DNA from: Macrostomum lignano
Lineage: Eukaryota
Assembly (NCBI GenBank): GCA_002269645.1
Contig: NIVC01001475.1
Span: 186,001 to 250,000, forward strand
Length of the DNA stretch: 64,000 nt
Direction of reading: 5' to 3'
Position 1 is the stretch's first letter, and each line of letters opens with the position of its first letter. The translations under genes and the position numbers were made by a program. Below are positions 13,375 to 25,602 of the stretch, in pieces. Under the pieces are notes generated by a model. The model made no database searches. It was not told where the DNA came from and saw only the letters and a program-made list of their open reading frames with translations.

Positions 13375-16300
13375 GACCACCTCGATCGGGACGCCGTATC
13401 TGCCGAACAGCCTCCGCAGGAGGGGGATCACGCTCTCCGCCGTCGTAGAGTTGAGGAAATTGACTTCTGGGTACTTGGGATACAAGTTGGTGGTGACCAG
13501 CAGCATCTGGCCCTTGCAATGGGCCGTAGAAATCCATGCCTAGCAGCAGCCAGGCACCGTTCGGAATATCCGTCGGCGTCAGTGGTGTCTGTCGCAATCC
13601 GGTGGCCGCAGCCTGGCACAGTGTGCAGCAGTGGACGAATAGCTCGGAGTCGCTGCACATCCGAAGCCACCACACCTTCGTCTGCAGGCATTTAAAGGTG
13701 CAGTCGGCGCCTAAGATGACCGGTGTGCTCCAGTTGAAAGATCGGCCTGTGCAGCGACTCGAAGATGATGATGAGGTCGCCGCGGAGTAACACTCCGTCG
13801 CTTTCCGACAGCTCGCCGCTGATGGACTTGAAGGAGCGCTGGGCTGCCGCTCGCGTATCCCAGCGGCCGGTTCGAATTGCGTTCATCGCCGGTGCGCGAT
13901 GCTTCCGGAACCTGGTCGAGACTGAAGCCTTTCGGCACGGCCCCGGTCGACACGGGGTTGGCGAAGGCGGCGTCGAGCTCTTCACCGACATTCTGGACGC
14001 CGTTCTCGCAGTGGCTGCCGACTCAGCAGGTCAGCCTGGTTGGTCGAGCCTGGCCGGTAGAGCAGGTTGAAGCGGAGATGCTGAATGCGCAGCGCCATTC
14101 GCTCGATCCGCGGTGGCGGACGGGAGCCAGGCTTAAAAAGCGGCACGAGCTGTCGGTGGTCCGTCACCACGGTGAAGTCTGGGTCGCCAGCCAGATAGTG
14201 CTCAAACTTGAGATACCCAAATTTGATGGCAAGAGCCTCCCGCTCGATCTGCGCGTACCGCTGCCCCACCGGCGAGAGGGCTCTGCTGGCGTAGGCAAAA
14301 GGTCGGCAGCTACCGTCCGGCTGTCACTGTGAGAGGATGGCGCCGACGCCGATCGGAGATGCGTCCACCAGGAGCTCCATGTGCTGCCTGCGGTCGAAAA
14401 AGGCTAGCGTGTCCGCGTCTGAGATCGCCTTCTTGATGCCGTCAAGCGCCGCAGTGTGTTTTTCTGTCCACTCCCAGGCCTGGCCCTTCTTCGTCAGCTG
14501 CCGGAGTGGGGTGGCGAGGACAGCGAAGCTCGGTATGAACTTTGCCAGGAAGTTCGCGGTTCCCAGGAAAGAGCGGACGTCGGCCACGTTGGCGGGCTGT
14601 CGGAAGTTCTGCATGGCGTCAATTTTCTCGGCGGCCGGCTGCATGACCCGGGCGGTCAGGCGCATTCCGAGAAACTCGACAGTAGACGTGGCGAACCTAC
14701 ACTTGTCCTGATTGAGGGTGATACCGACCTCTCGGAGGTGCTGAAGGCAGGCGTCCAGCCTCTCATGGTGCTGCTTCATGTCGGAGGCGTAACCCATCCC
14801 GTCATCGTGCGCCCACCGGACGCCGTCAATGCCGCTGAAGATGCCAAGCGTGACTCGTTGAAGGATTTTCGAGGCATTTGTGAACCCCATACTGAGCCTC
14901 TTGAGCCGCATCAGTCCGAGGGGCGTGCTGAAGGTGAAGAGGTGACGGCTGCTCTCGTGAACTGGGATCTAATAAAAGGCCTTCCGGATATCGAGTTTGC
15001 TGAACAGCTTGGCGTCGGCCATTTCCTCGGTGATTTCATCCAGCGTGGGGATTTGCTTCTTCTCTGGGATGACGACAGTGTTGAGATCGCGGAGGTCCTG
15101 GTATATATTCTGACGCCACCGTCACCCTTGGGCACCACCACCATGTGTGACACCCGGGCGCTAGGACTTTTGACTGCCTCGATGCTGCCCTGCTTCTCCT
15201 AAGCCTTGAGCTCCTTCACTACGACCTCTTTCAGGTGCGCCGCCACACGTGAGGGCTCCTGGAAGACAGGAACAGCATCCTTGGACAGCTGGACCTGGAC
15301 CTCTACACCCTTGATGCAGCCGATGCCGTTGGAGACTTATTTGTGCCTCTTCAGGATGGCCTTGAGCTGCGGGACACTATACTGCTTGAAGGGTATGCTG
15401 TCGACGATGGCATTCTTGTTTTGCGGCTTGATAGCTTCAGGTCACTGGATCTTCAGCACTCCTAGCTTGAATGCGGGCTGGCGCCCAAGTATCGTCAGCC
15501 CGTCGCCGTCCATGATGTGGAAGGTCGCTGTTGTTTTGGCAGCTGTGAGAGGTGTCGGAAACTCATTATGCTGCAGCTGGCTCCGCTGTCAATCATTATA
15601 GGAAGCTGCCGGTTTGCCACCTGCACAGTCAGCGAGACGTCGGATGGTTATTTGTCGTGGTTGTACAGCGCGAACACGTCCGCGTTGACGGAGCTGTCGG
15701 CAGCTGTGAAGACAGCATTGGTGCAGATTCGCTGTTGTGGGGTCCGGCTGCTGTTTGACTGCCGAGGCTGACGGCAGGCAAAGCGAGGTGGTTGTACTTG
15801 CCACAGTTGTGGCAGATCTTGCCTTTTGCTGCGTCGCAGGTGGTGTGGCCTTTCTCGCCGCAGCGGTAGCAGGTTGCGCTGCTGCTGGTTGCTAGGCCAT
15901 CTGCTGGTCATCTGAGCCGGGCCAAGCCTGTCTGTCTACCTTGTCGCCCTTGGCAACGCTGGCCACCTGCGAGTCTGCCTTCTCCATCTCGGTGGCTTGT
16001 TCCTCCGCCTGATGTTTGCCTCCTGCGCAGCTTGTCAGAGCTGCAGGTTGCCACGAGCTGGTCTCTGATGAGCGAGTCCTTCAGCTGCTCAAAGTCGCAC
16101 GGCTCTGCCCAGTGCGCAGTCTGGCGTACCAGTACTCGAAGGACTCTCCAGTGGCCTGTGTGCATAGGCGGAACTGATAACTGGCGAATACTATTCTTTC
16201 TTCTGTCTTCAAAGCGTCCAGGCGTCTACCTGAAGGTGACTTGGCCGTCCTAGCTGTGCTCGCTGCAGGCTTGGCATCCTCGCGTATGATATCGGCGATT

Positions 16301-17373
16301 TACTTGCCTGCTGTGTAGCTACATGTACATGTAAGTACAGTGAGACAAAGTTGGCTGCCATAATTTGTTTACTGATCGGTAGGTGGCTTGCGACGCCACG
16401 GTAGAAAGCGAAGCCGAGAGAGAGATCGTATGTTGTGTGTAGCCGAAAAAGCTTACGGGGGATCGGAATTGTTGAGATGGCAAGACTTGGGGAGGATTGC
16501 TTAACTTACTGAGGTAAGATGCTACATGTAGTTTATTTCATTTTTGATTACATTCTTTATAATAAGAATAAGTACGCTCCCCAACAGGCCGGGCGTAAAT
16601 TGCTAGTGCATTCATATCTAGTCAGCAACGTGGATATACGCCGTGAATATTTTCGATTCGTTTTCCCCTTATTCTTTGTTCCAGCTCTCCCGAGTTTGGA
16701 CTCATTTTTTATCAGCTTTTTGCTAGCTTTCAGTCAATGCAGTAATCAATTTTTTGTTAGCCATTTCTCCAAAGCTGCTGAGGGTCGTTTGTAGGTGTCT
16801 GCCTGACGGATTGGTGCGTGTAAAGTGCAGCCTTCGTGCTTATTTATTTGCACCGTCTTGACTATATACCCCTTATTATCCAGGACATTGTGTGTGTCAG
16901 ACGGGCGTCGATTCCGCCGGTGATTCTCGCGAATAAAGGTCGTATCCAACTATTGAAGAGCAAATGCAGGAATAGGAAGTTATACTATATATCCTGTATA
17001 TAGCTCAACTCCATATATATATAACGTAAATGGCACCTGATTCCCCGATTCAATCAAGCAGGCGATCCTTAAGTCCAAGCCGTTGCATCGCAGCTAGTGC
17101 GGGGAGAGGCGCGTTCTTGAAATGGAAGAGACACTATATAAAGCTCGTAGTATCGTGGCTATCGAGAACAGACTCGGGTGCCGGTTTTAACGAACTGATC
17201 ACAACGCATAAGAACTATAACGATTGAATTTTACCCTTCGGCGGGCAATTCGTCTGCGGGAAATTCTCGTGCTCCCAATTTCTGTGTAGTTGGTATTGTT
17301 GTCAACGTATTGCTCCTGTCTAACAAAATCCCAACCGTTAGACACCAATTTGTTGTAGATGTTTGTTCACTCT

Positions 17374-19452
17374 TGATGGGTTCGGCCTTTTAAGCCTGTA
17401 GCTTCGGGCCTCAGAACTCAGAAATGAATCGCTAAGAGCTCTGGCCTCTCACTCCTGTCAGATGGTCAGCCTCATGGTAGCTAGATTGTGGGCGAGCAGC
17501 AAGGTCCTATAGCTAGGAGAAGACAGCGAGAGACAAGCAGGGAGAATTTGAAAGGTAGAAATTAGCTAATCCGCAGATTAACTAACTCGCTGCCACCAGT
17601 CCGTGCGCCCCGGCTCACCAAACCGGAGCTATCGAAATCGGACTTCCGACTAGAGGGGCACTGCACTTACCTGCCATCTAGTGTCTTTTAGCTGTCTAAA
17701 TCTCGAAGTCATAGCCGAATAGAAGGGACGCTGCTGGGACTAAGATCGCATTGGCCATGCAGGGACAGAGAGGACTTTTGCAGGGGGTTCTTGCGCTGGC
17801 AAGCCTTCATACACTACTAAATGTACTATTTCATGACCGAATTCCCAGAAGTACATGTATAAGTACACGTAACTGCACGCTCTTGGCACTAAATGTGTTA
17901 ACCCTTCGACAGATAGCGATGATGTAGATGCATTGTCACTTTCGGAGATCTTTAGACTAATATTTAACTTACTTTAGCCGCTTAACTGCCTGTGACCGCG
18001 CCAAAGCGCCAGTCTGGCTCTTAATTTGCATGCTTAACATAATGATTTCTTAGATTGACTGGTTGACTGGGAACTGTGCCGCTTCCGGTCCACCGTGACC
18101 TCTGCCTCTAGATTTAGCCGCTCATCTCAGCTGGCATTGCGAAAAAGAAAGAAAACGCTAAGTCTTTAACTTTCAAATTTAACTTTCTCACTTAATCCGC
18201 AATCCTAAACACTTTAGATTGAGTTAGAGCAAATGGCTACTTTTAATATTAACTGACACTGCTGCCTCGAGATTGGCACACAAAAGCAAGTAAGCAAAAG
18301 TGCAAATCCTATCAGACTACCTAGGAAGGGGTCAGACAAAGGGTGCACCCAGTTAAGCAGGTCAAGAGAGCCTCTCACCAAACCAATCAGAGGACCTATC
18401 TGCCGGTAGCCAAGGAATCCACAGAGACCGAAGCGCTCAGATGGGATGCTGCTGCTGATCTTGACTGACGATTGCCGCCGCTGCTCTTCGCTTGCCTAGT
18501 CGTTGCTGCTCTTAGATGACTGCCGGGAGATGTTAATGATGCCTCTCAGGGGAACTTAGCTGTTGAAGCCGAAACTGCCGGGGAAAGGGGGATCAGGACG
18601 GCAGGACCAGAAGGGGAGGACCAGGGTCCGATCTCCAGTATGGCCGGGGAAAAGGCCAGGTAAAACCGCCAGGGGAAAACCGAGCGCGGGTCGAGTTGCC
18701 GCCTTATATAGATCTCACGCGGCCGATTTGTTATAACGCACGCCGAATTTTCCGATTGGCTGAGAGCTTTTGTTAAAATAGGCGCCGAATTTTCTGATTG
18801 GTCGAGCCGGGGGCAGTCAGGTCGACTCTGATTGGCTGAGCTCAAGACCCCAAAACCCACCCCACCAGGTGGCCTTCAGACCCGGTTGCATTCATAACAT
18901 AATAAACGACAGGCCCATTCAGCAAAACGCCGGGGAATTTTCCAGACGAGAATGCTAGAATCTGAAAAAAAACATAGACGGCCATCACTGAGACTTGTAA
19001 GCTCAAATCCAAAACCCAACCAAGGTACATTGACTATTTACAGTGTGCATATAGTATAATTATAGCAATGTAAGAAAGTAGTCTACTGACATAGGAAAAT
19101 CAGCAAAACGTAACTCAAATAAACAACACCAAGAAAGCTAAAGACCTCTTTGACCCAGACACTGTTTCCAAAAGTGACAGCTAGACGGCATAATCACTGA
19201 AACAAAAAAAGCACAAATTGCAGAACGATTTCTAAAACGTTCCTTATTTAGACTTTAGGTAATCCGTTCAAACGACAGCTGACCTTTCACGTAAACAATA
19301 AAATTGAAAAAGTACATTCGACTATTTATCATAATTATAGCATGGCACTTATTTAGCTGAAGAGAATGGAAAAAATCCTAAGCTACCTACTGACAGTAGG
19401 AAAAGCTAAAGAAAAAACGTTAGTTTAAAAAGATTAAACTTTGCGTGGATCA
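17374..19452 (-). mobile_element. Solo LTR A (~2.08 kb), CTCT TSD
   Basis: Begins TGATGGG and ends ATCA; CTCT at 17370-17373 and 19453-19456; blocks of homology to the element at 20978-22890. The right boundary is less certain than for LTR B. Confidence 0.7.
18700..18842 (-). promoter_or_regulatory. LTR promoter: three CCAAT boxes plus TATA, firing leftward
   Basis: The minus strand has three CCAATC motifs spaced ~35-40 bp apart, followed by CTATATAAGG near 18705-18712; the same layout occurs in LTR B. Confidence 0.55.
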
Positions 19453-20977
19453 CTCTGTTATATTTGCGTTGTTGTATGCAAAAATCCTTCTAAATTATCT
19501 CTATTTATCGTTTCCTTAGAATAACCTCTCTTGTAGGATCAGCTAATGCAGCGTTAAGAACTGTATTAATTAAATCCGGAAAATAGTGGCGTTTACTGGG
19601 ATCAAGGGTGTCCAGCGGTAGGCTCCTAATCTTCTAACACCTTCACGGTTTCTTTTAACGCCTAATGCCTAGCGCCTAATCTTAGCCTTCACGGCTTATG
19701 TACATCGATTCTTCACGACTTCAATCTCCTTCAATCTCTCTATCTGAGTCTGCACGACTTCGATGTCCCTATTCTCCCTCAAGGTCGTGGTCCTTGATTT
19801 CTATTGTGTGTGTGTGTGTTTCACGCACTGAAATTTACTGAGCTTTCACGCCTCTTCGCTTCACGCTTTTTGAAATAACAAAAAGATATATATTAAAATT
19901 GGAGGAAAATTCACCAAGACAAACGGTTATAACGTTTACTTTCTGCCCAGGGGGCCTTTATAAAGATTTCATAGTTCACAGCTATTAGCTGAAGCGAAAA
20001 TTAAAAAAAATTACCAGGTTTATAACAAATGGATGTTTTAACAAATACGAAACGTTTTATACCAAAAAAACTAAAGAAATTCGATCAGTATTAGTATTAC
20101 CCAAAAATGATGTTCTGGCAGCCAAATAACTTTTGCGCGGGTATCTGATTTTTTACTGCCCACCATGGATGACTGTTTTTGAAATTCTATTGACAGGAAC
20201 TTAATTATCACTACGCAAAACGAGCGGCAATTTGCGCAGAATAGGCACTTTTCAAATGATATATAAATTTTCTAGCGTCAGTCAAAAACCGCTTAGCAAT
20301 ATCCAACCACTACAGCTTATAATATACGTGAAAGGATCCTTACGAAAAACAGGCGAATGGAAAATACCTGCAAGTAGCTAAAAATCTTGCAATAGATGTA
20401 GAGCAAGACCTACATGATGTAAATGTGCTACAGCGGAAAGTTCGCTACTGTACGCGCAAGTCGCGTTATGGGGTCGGCCATCATAAACCCGAAAAATCAA
20501 AACTTCCAAAGCACTTCCCTATCATCATTCCTATCAGAAAAGCTCGTTAAATTTTTTCTGGAAAATCAAGTGAGCAAATTTAGCCTTAAGACCTAAATTG
20601 TGTCAAAATTAAAAAATTCCTAGAAATTATTTGCGTTAAAAAACGCAATCTCGCAGGCAGCTAGTAAAATGCACAGGCAGATCAAATCTGATACACATGG
20701 TAATCCAGCGAACGATTTCTGAAGAAAATGTATCGAAAATGCTTAGACAAAAAATCAATCGCAGCGATATAGATCTTAATAAAAGCTGTTGTAGCTTGTT
20801 GAACCAACAATTTCTTAAAACCAAATGATATACGAAGCTGTTTCTACATACTGTGGCCAATGTTAATCTCCAGTACACGGTCATTTTGATGCTTAGACAG
20901 TGCGATCATATATTACGTTGATTAGATTAACAAGCAGCTTTTTCAGATGTCAATCAGAGGTGCAGGCGGCATTATTC

Positions 20978-22890
20978 TGATGGGTTTCGACCTGGGCTCC
21001 TTGTTAGGAAGCCTTCGGGCCTCAGGCCTCAGAAATGAATCAATTAGAGTCCTGGCACTCCTGTCAGATGGTCAGCCCCATGGTAGCTTGATCGTGTGGC
21101 GAGCAGTCTAGGTCCTATAGCTAAGAGAGGGACAGCGAGAGACGAGCAGGGAGAATTGAAGGTAGAAATTAGCTAATCCGCAGACTAAAGCTAACTCGCT
21201 GCCACCAGCCCGTGCGTCCTGACTAGACACCGGCTCTCTCCTGCCAACTAGTGTTTGCTGTCAATCTCGAAGTCATAGCCGATGATAAGGGACACTGCTG
21301 GGACTAGATCGCATTGGCCATGCAGGTACAGAGGGGATTGGCAGCAGGACAGTGGGGAGACATGGGGCTACAGTACTAGCTAAATACGAAATACGGCCTT
21401 CCTTCGCGCCAACTAGCCTCTCATAGCGCTGATGATAGACTAACTCGAACTTCAGAGACCGCATGATTCATTACCCGAGCCGCTTGGCTAACCTAGAGTG
21501 CACAAAGTACATCTCTGGCGCCGATTCTGCACTTCTGGCAGTTTTGCTCACTGATTTGGTAGATTGATCGACTGAGAACCGCCTTGCCATTGGTCCACTG
21601 TGACCGGCGCCTACTAGCTTAGCTACTCATCTGAGCCATCGGCGAACAAAGAAATAAAACCGATAAAAATAACTGTTAGATTTAACCTTCTCCTTAGATC
21701 ACTTCGCACTTCAGATTGAATTGGAGTTTCAGACTACTAGTAGTATTATTAAGTGATTTCTGCCTCAGTAACAGCACTACTGAACAAAATGAGCAAAAGT
21801 GTGCGCCTAATTCAGCTACTGAAACAGGGGACAGATAGGGGATCACCCAATCAAGCAAGTCTAGGTAGCCTCTCACCCAACCAATCAGAAACTCAACAGC
21901 CGGAGACCAGGAAATCCACAATGACCAAATCGGCTTGATGCTTCGCAGCTGTAGACTCGGGATGATGCTGACACAATCTTCGCTGATAGCTAGCAGGTGA
22001 TGATCTTCGCTTGATGTTCGCTGCTGACGACCGGGGGACTCGTCCTTGATGATGATGGGGGGAAGTCGCAATCCGGGGATCAAGAAACGACGGTCGCGCT
22101 CCGGGAACCAGAAGTTGCGTGCTGGACCCGAGCAAGAGTAAGATGCGTCCGAGCGGGCCAAAAACTCCGGTTTAAATAGCCGCCAACTGGACCGCAGTTT
22201 GTTATAACGGAACACGTCGATTCTGATTGGCTGAGCCGTTTTGTTAAAATGAGCGCCGAATTTTCTGATTGGCTAAGCTTGTTGCTACCCAGAATCACGT
22301 GACCAAGAGATCCTATCAGTTCCCACAGGGTCGTAGAAAGATGACAGGTGCGGCCATAAATCACTCAAAATCGCAACAAAATGATTTATGACTTTTCGCG
22401 TAGGATTGACAGAAATTAATGAAAAAATATACATTAGAAAGCTCTTATTAAATAGAAAGTGAAGATAATGAAGAGAAATTGCTAATCACTAATCCCAAAG
22501 TACTTTTAGGGGTAAAACGCATAGCTGTCAAAGCTGTCACACGCTCGAGTGAATCCGAACAATAGGCTCTGACCTCATAAATCTTGATGGCCTGTCAAAA
22601 TGATGAGAAAAAAGCTACCGCCCGCATCCTCTCAGACCATCTGGCGCCCGTCTCAACACTGAGTGAGGCGCAGGTGGCCGTCAGACCAACTTCGGAAGCG
22701 ATGATTTACGACCCAAAAAGCTACGCCTATGTTATTATGACTACTAGTATGGCCAGACATTATATCTAGTATAGATTCTATGACAATTTGCAGAAAAAGG
22801 ATAAAAATGCCCATCGCCCACTGTTAGTAGGCTAGTAAGTTTAGAGCCCATGTGCTAGCGCGGGATTTGGGAAAAAGTGCGTCCTCATCA
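20978..22890 (-). mobile_element. Solo LTR B (1913 bp), TG...CA ends, 4-bp TSD ATTC, inside the signal-peptide exon
   Basis: TGATGGG...CCTCATCA; ATTC at 20974-20977 and 22891-22894; the flanks rejoin into sequence colinear with gene 1 exon 1. Confidence 0.88.
22168..22280 (-). promoter_or_regulatory. LTR B promoter: two CCAAT boxes plus TATTTAA
   Basis: Minus strand GCTTAGCCAATCAGAA, GCTCAGCCAATCAGAA, then CTATTTAAACC; homologous to 18700-18842. Confidence 0.5.
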
Positions 22891-24236
22891 ATTCTGGCGT
22901 TGGTTTGTCTCGGAATTGCTTCAGTCCATTCTGCTTCTGCCCCACGCGATGCTCTGGAAGGTAGGCGCGCTACCGAAACGTTTTTTTAACCTAATTATAC
23001 TTTTGAATAGTTGAAGATCGAAATTCAGTCAAATAAAACCTGTAACTTTATGCACTTACTTTCCGTTAGTGAACTAAGCGAGGCCACTCAAGGCTTGGAT
23101 TGGGCTCCCATTGAACCATGACGAGACACTTGTTGGAAGTGAAAAGCTGTTCGATGCAGATGAGACGTCTTCTCTTCACAGGGCTAGTAACAGCAAGCGA
23201 GGCCGGTCCAGTTCCGGCAACGTGTTCCGATGGGGCAAGCGAGACTACGGCAACGTGTTCCGATGGGGCAAGCGAGACTACGGTAACGTGTTCCGATGGG
23301 GCAAGCGAGACTACGGCAACGTGTTCCGATGGGGCAAGCGAGACTACGGCAACGTGTTCCGATGGGGCAAGCGAGACTACGGCAACGTGTTCCGATGGGG
23401 CAAGCGAGACTACGGTAACGTGTTCCGATGGGGCAAGCGAGACTACGGCAACGTGTTCCGATGGGGCAAGCGAGACTACGGCAACGTGTTCCGATGGGGA
23501 AAGCGAAGCTGAGTTCGGCTGGGGCAAGCAAGGAATCTATTCAAATTATAACTTGGGGACAAATATTTTGTCAAATAAATGCGAATAATCACCGAGATGA
23601 TCGAGTAAAACTTGTGCAAAAAAGGTGCCTGTAAGACTTCCGCTTCTCATTTCAAGCTATACATGCACTTAAGGCTGATTCACTCTGCCAGCGAATGAGC
23701 CATTAAATCACACACGACCTATATTTACAGTCGGGATCCCACCAAATTTGGTCTTATTTGAAGCCGCGCCGATGTGAAGTCCTGATGTTTTTAAAGTTCT
23801 CTCTAATAATAAAACCAGTAATCGATGCAAGAAAATATATACGAAAGGAAACTCACTAGAGGAACGTCAAAGGAGCCGTTCGACGCCAAGTGGCGTACTG
23901 AATAAGCTAATCTGAATTCCAACGTGGCAGTAGCTATAGAAAGGGTTTGCAGTGTGTAAAACTTGACATACGAGCGTAGACATCTTGTGATCACTGTGAA
24001 AATGTATGAATATAATTGAAAGGATTTTTCTTATCTGCAGATGGGCTTTCGATGGTCAAAACTCAATTAATTAATCTTTTGAAATTTTTATCCTGCACAA
24101 CTTCTATAGGTTGTTATTAAAGTCGTTAGATAAACCTACAGCTACTGTTCCTGTTCATGACAAAGTTACTACCAGAGAAACTAACAAGTGTGGTATATTG
24201 AGGTAAATAGGGGTTGAGCCAATAGGAGTTGCAGGA

Positions 24237-24776
24237 CGGCGATTCTCAACAGAGGAATTGGAGGGCGATTCTCAACAGAGGAATTGGAAGGCGATTCTCA
24301 ACAGAGGAATTGGAAGGCGATTCTCAACAGAGGAATTGGAAGGCGATTCTCAACAGAGGAATTGGAGGGCGATTCTCAACAGGGGAATTGAAGGGCGATT
24401 CTCAACAGAGGAATTGGAAGGCGATTCTCAACAGAGGAATTGGAAGGCGATTCTCAACAGAGGAATTGGAAGGCGATTCTCAACAGAGGAATTGGAGGGC
24501 GATTCTCAACAGGGGAATTGAAGGGCGATTCTCAAGAGTTCGGGGGCGATTCTCAATAGGAGTTGGGGGCGATTCTCAACAGGAGTTGGGGGCGATTCTC
24601 AATAGGGGAATTGGAGGGCGATTCTCAACAGAGGAATTGGAGGGCGATTCTCAACAGGGGAATTGGAGGGCGATTCTCAACAGAGGAATTGGAGGGCGAT
24701 TCTCAACAGGAGTTGGGGCGATTCTCAATAGGGATTGGGGCGATTCTCAACAGGAGTTGGAGGGCGATTCTCAATG
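24237..24776. repeat. 26-bp minisatellite (GCGATTCTCAACAGAGGAATTGGAGG)
   Basis: About 20 consecutive copies, degenerating rightward. Confidence 0.95.
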
Positions 24777-25372
24777 GCATTGTTCGGAGCCCATAATGGC
24801 AATCAAATCACAATGCAATTCAAAAATAAGATACCTTAACAGCATATAATTTCTAAGTTTTAATATAAACTAGTAGGCCTAGCTGTGAATGGCATCTTAC
24901 TGATCAGTATATTACAAGTTAAATCGGAGTTTTTGCGTTCACTTTCACAAAGAATAAGATAAACGACAGAATTATACTAATGCAGAATACATGTTGATTT
25001 TTTTATACGATAAACTGAATAATTACATAGAAAATGACAGCATATAAATAAATAACTAGTTCTAAATCTATAAGAAACAACGATTCATGATTAAACTTTA
25101 CAAACAAGCAATATATAGTTTAGCTCATTTAAAAAAGTAAAGCTAATAGGAAAAAATCGCTAAATAAATCCATACTTTAAGTAGGTGTTTCAGCTCTCCA
25201 GTTCAAGCAGTGCTAAGTGATACAAAAAACAATTCACAATGACTATATTTATAATAATGAAAAGCGATATTGATAAAATGGAGAAGGAATAGGTAACACT
25301 ATTGCAGAAGTAAGCTAGAACGAGGGTGAATTTGAAGCCAGATTTAAAAAAGCAAGTTAGTAATTGGAATCG

Positions 25373-25602
25373 GTCTATAAGTCGGTCATTGCGAACTCTT
25401 CCGCCTGATTGTGCTTGGGTCTATAAGTCAATCATTGCGAACTCTTCCGCCTGATTGTGCTTGGGTCTATAAGTCAATCATTGCGAACTCTTCCGCCTGA
25501 TTGTGCTTGGGTCTATAAGTCAATCATTGCGAACTCTTCCGCCTGATTGTGCTTGGGTCTATAAGTCGGTCATTGCGAACTCTTCCGCCTGATTGTGCTT
25601 GG
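25373..25602. repeat. 46-bp tandem repeat x5
   Basis: gtctataagtcaatcattgcgaactcttccgcctgattgtgcttgg repeated head to tail with no spacers. Confidence 0.95.

Larger units (their letters stand above)
10831..16300 (-). mobile_element. Degenerate Ty3/Gypsy (Mag/K02A2.6-like) LTR retrotransposon internal region
   Basis: In order on the minus strand: gag (AEPCDFEQLKDSLIRDQLV), CCHC knuckle (CHNCGKYNHLA), RT (WAHDD, LNQDKCRFATSTVEFLG), RNase H (LLVDAS, YAQIEREALAI, TDHRQLV) and integrase (LGMDFYGP, PIEVV). Many frameshifts. Possible PPT GGGGAGAAT at 10831-10839; LTRs not recognised, so the limits are approximate. Confidence 0.9.
20947..23512 (+). pseudogene. Neuropeptide precursor 2 (GRSSSGNVFRWamide x1, DYGNVFRWamide x8), disrupted or possibly rescued by splicing
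   Basis: Removing 20978-22894 restores the signal peptide MSIRGAGGIILALVCLGIASVHSASAPRDALE, with a donor at 22961. The pro-region, 3'UTR and flanks are homologous to gene 1. The 33-bp peptide units are intact. The ancestral acceptor is mutated (TTTCAG to TTTCCG) and there is a +1 insertion near 23101. Confidence 0.8.

Noticed and set aside
14790-14820. RT active site reading AHDD rather than YxDD
   Set aside because: The element is riddled with frameshifts, so this is most simply decay or family variation.
16300-19452. LTR A as the 5' LTR of the Gypsy element at 10.8-16.3 kb
   Set aside because: It has its own TSD, lies ~1 kb from gag, and has no matching copy at the element's 3' end; PBS candidates near 16360-16400 were not convincing.
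16500-19900. Decayed minus-strand coding-like sequence interrupted by LTR A (possible endogenous virus)
   Set aside because: Protein-like stretches with many stops and no motif I could recognise; needs TBLASTX.
25373-25602. CRISPR-like appearance of the 26-50 bp arrays (also 52418, 53215, 54215, 60587)
   Set aside because: Head-to-tail copies without unique spacers, no cas genes, and a eukaryotic context.
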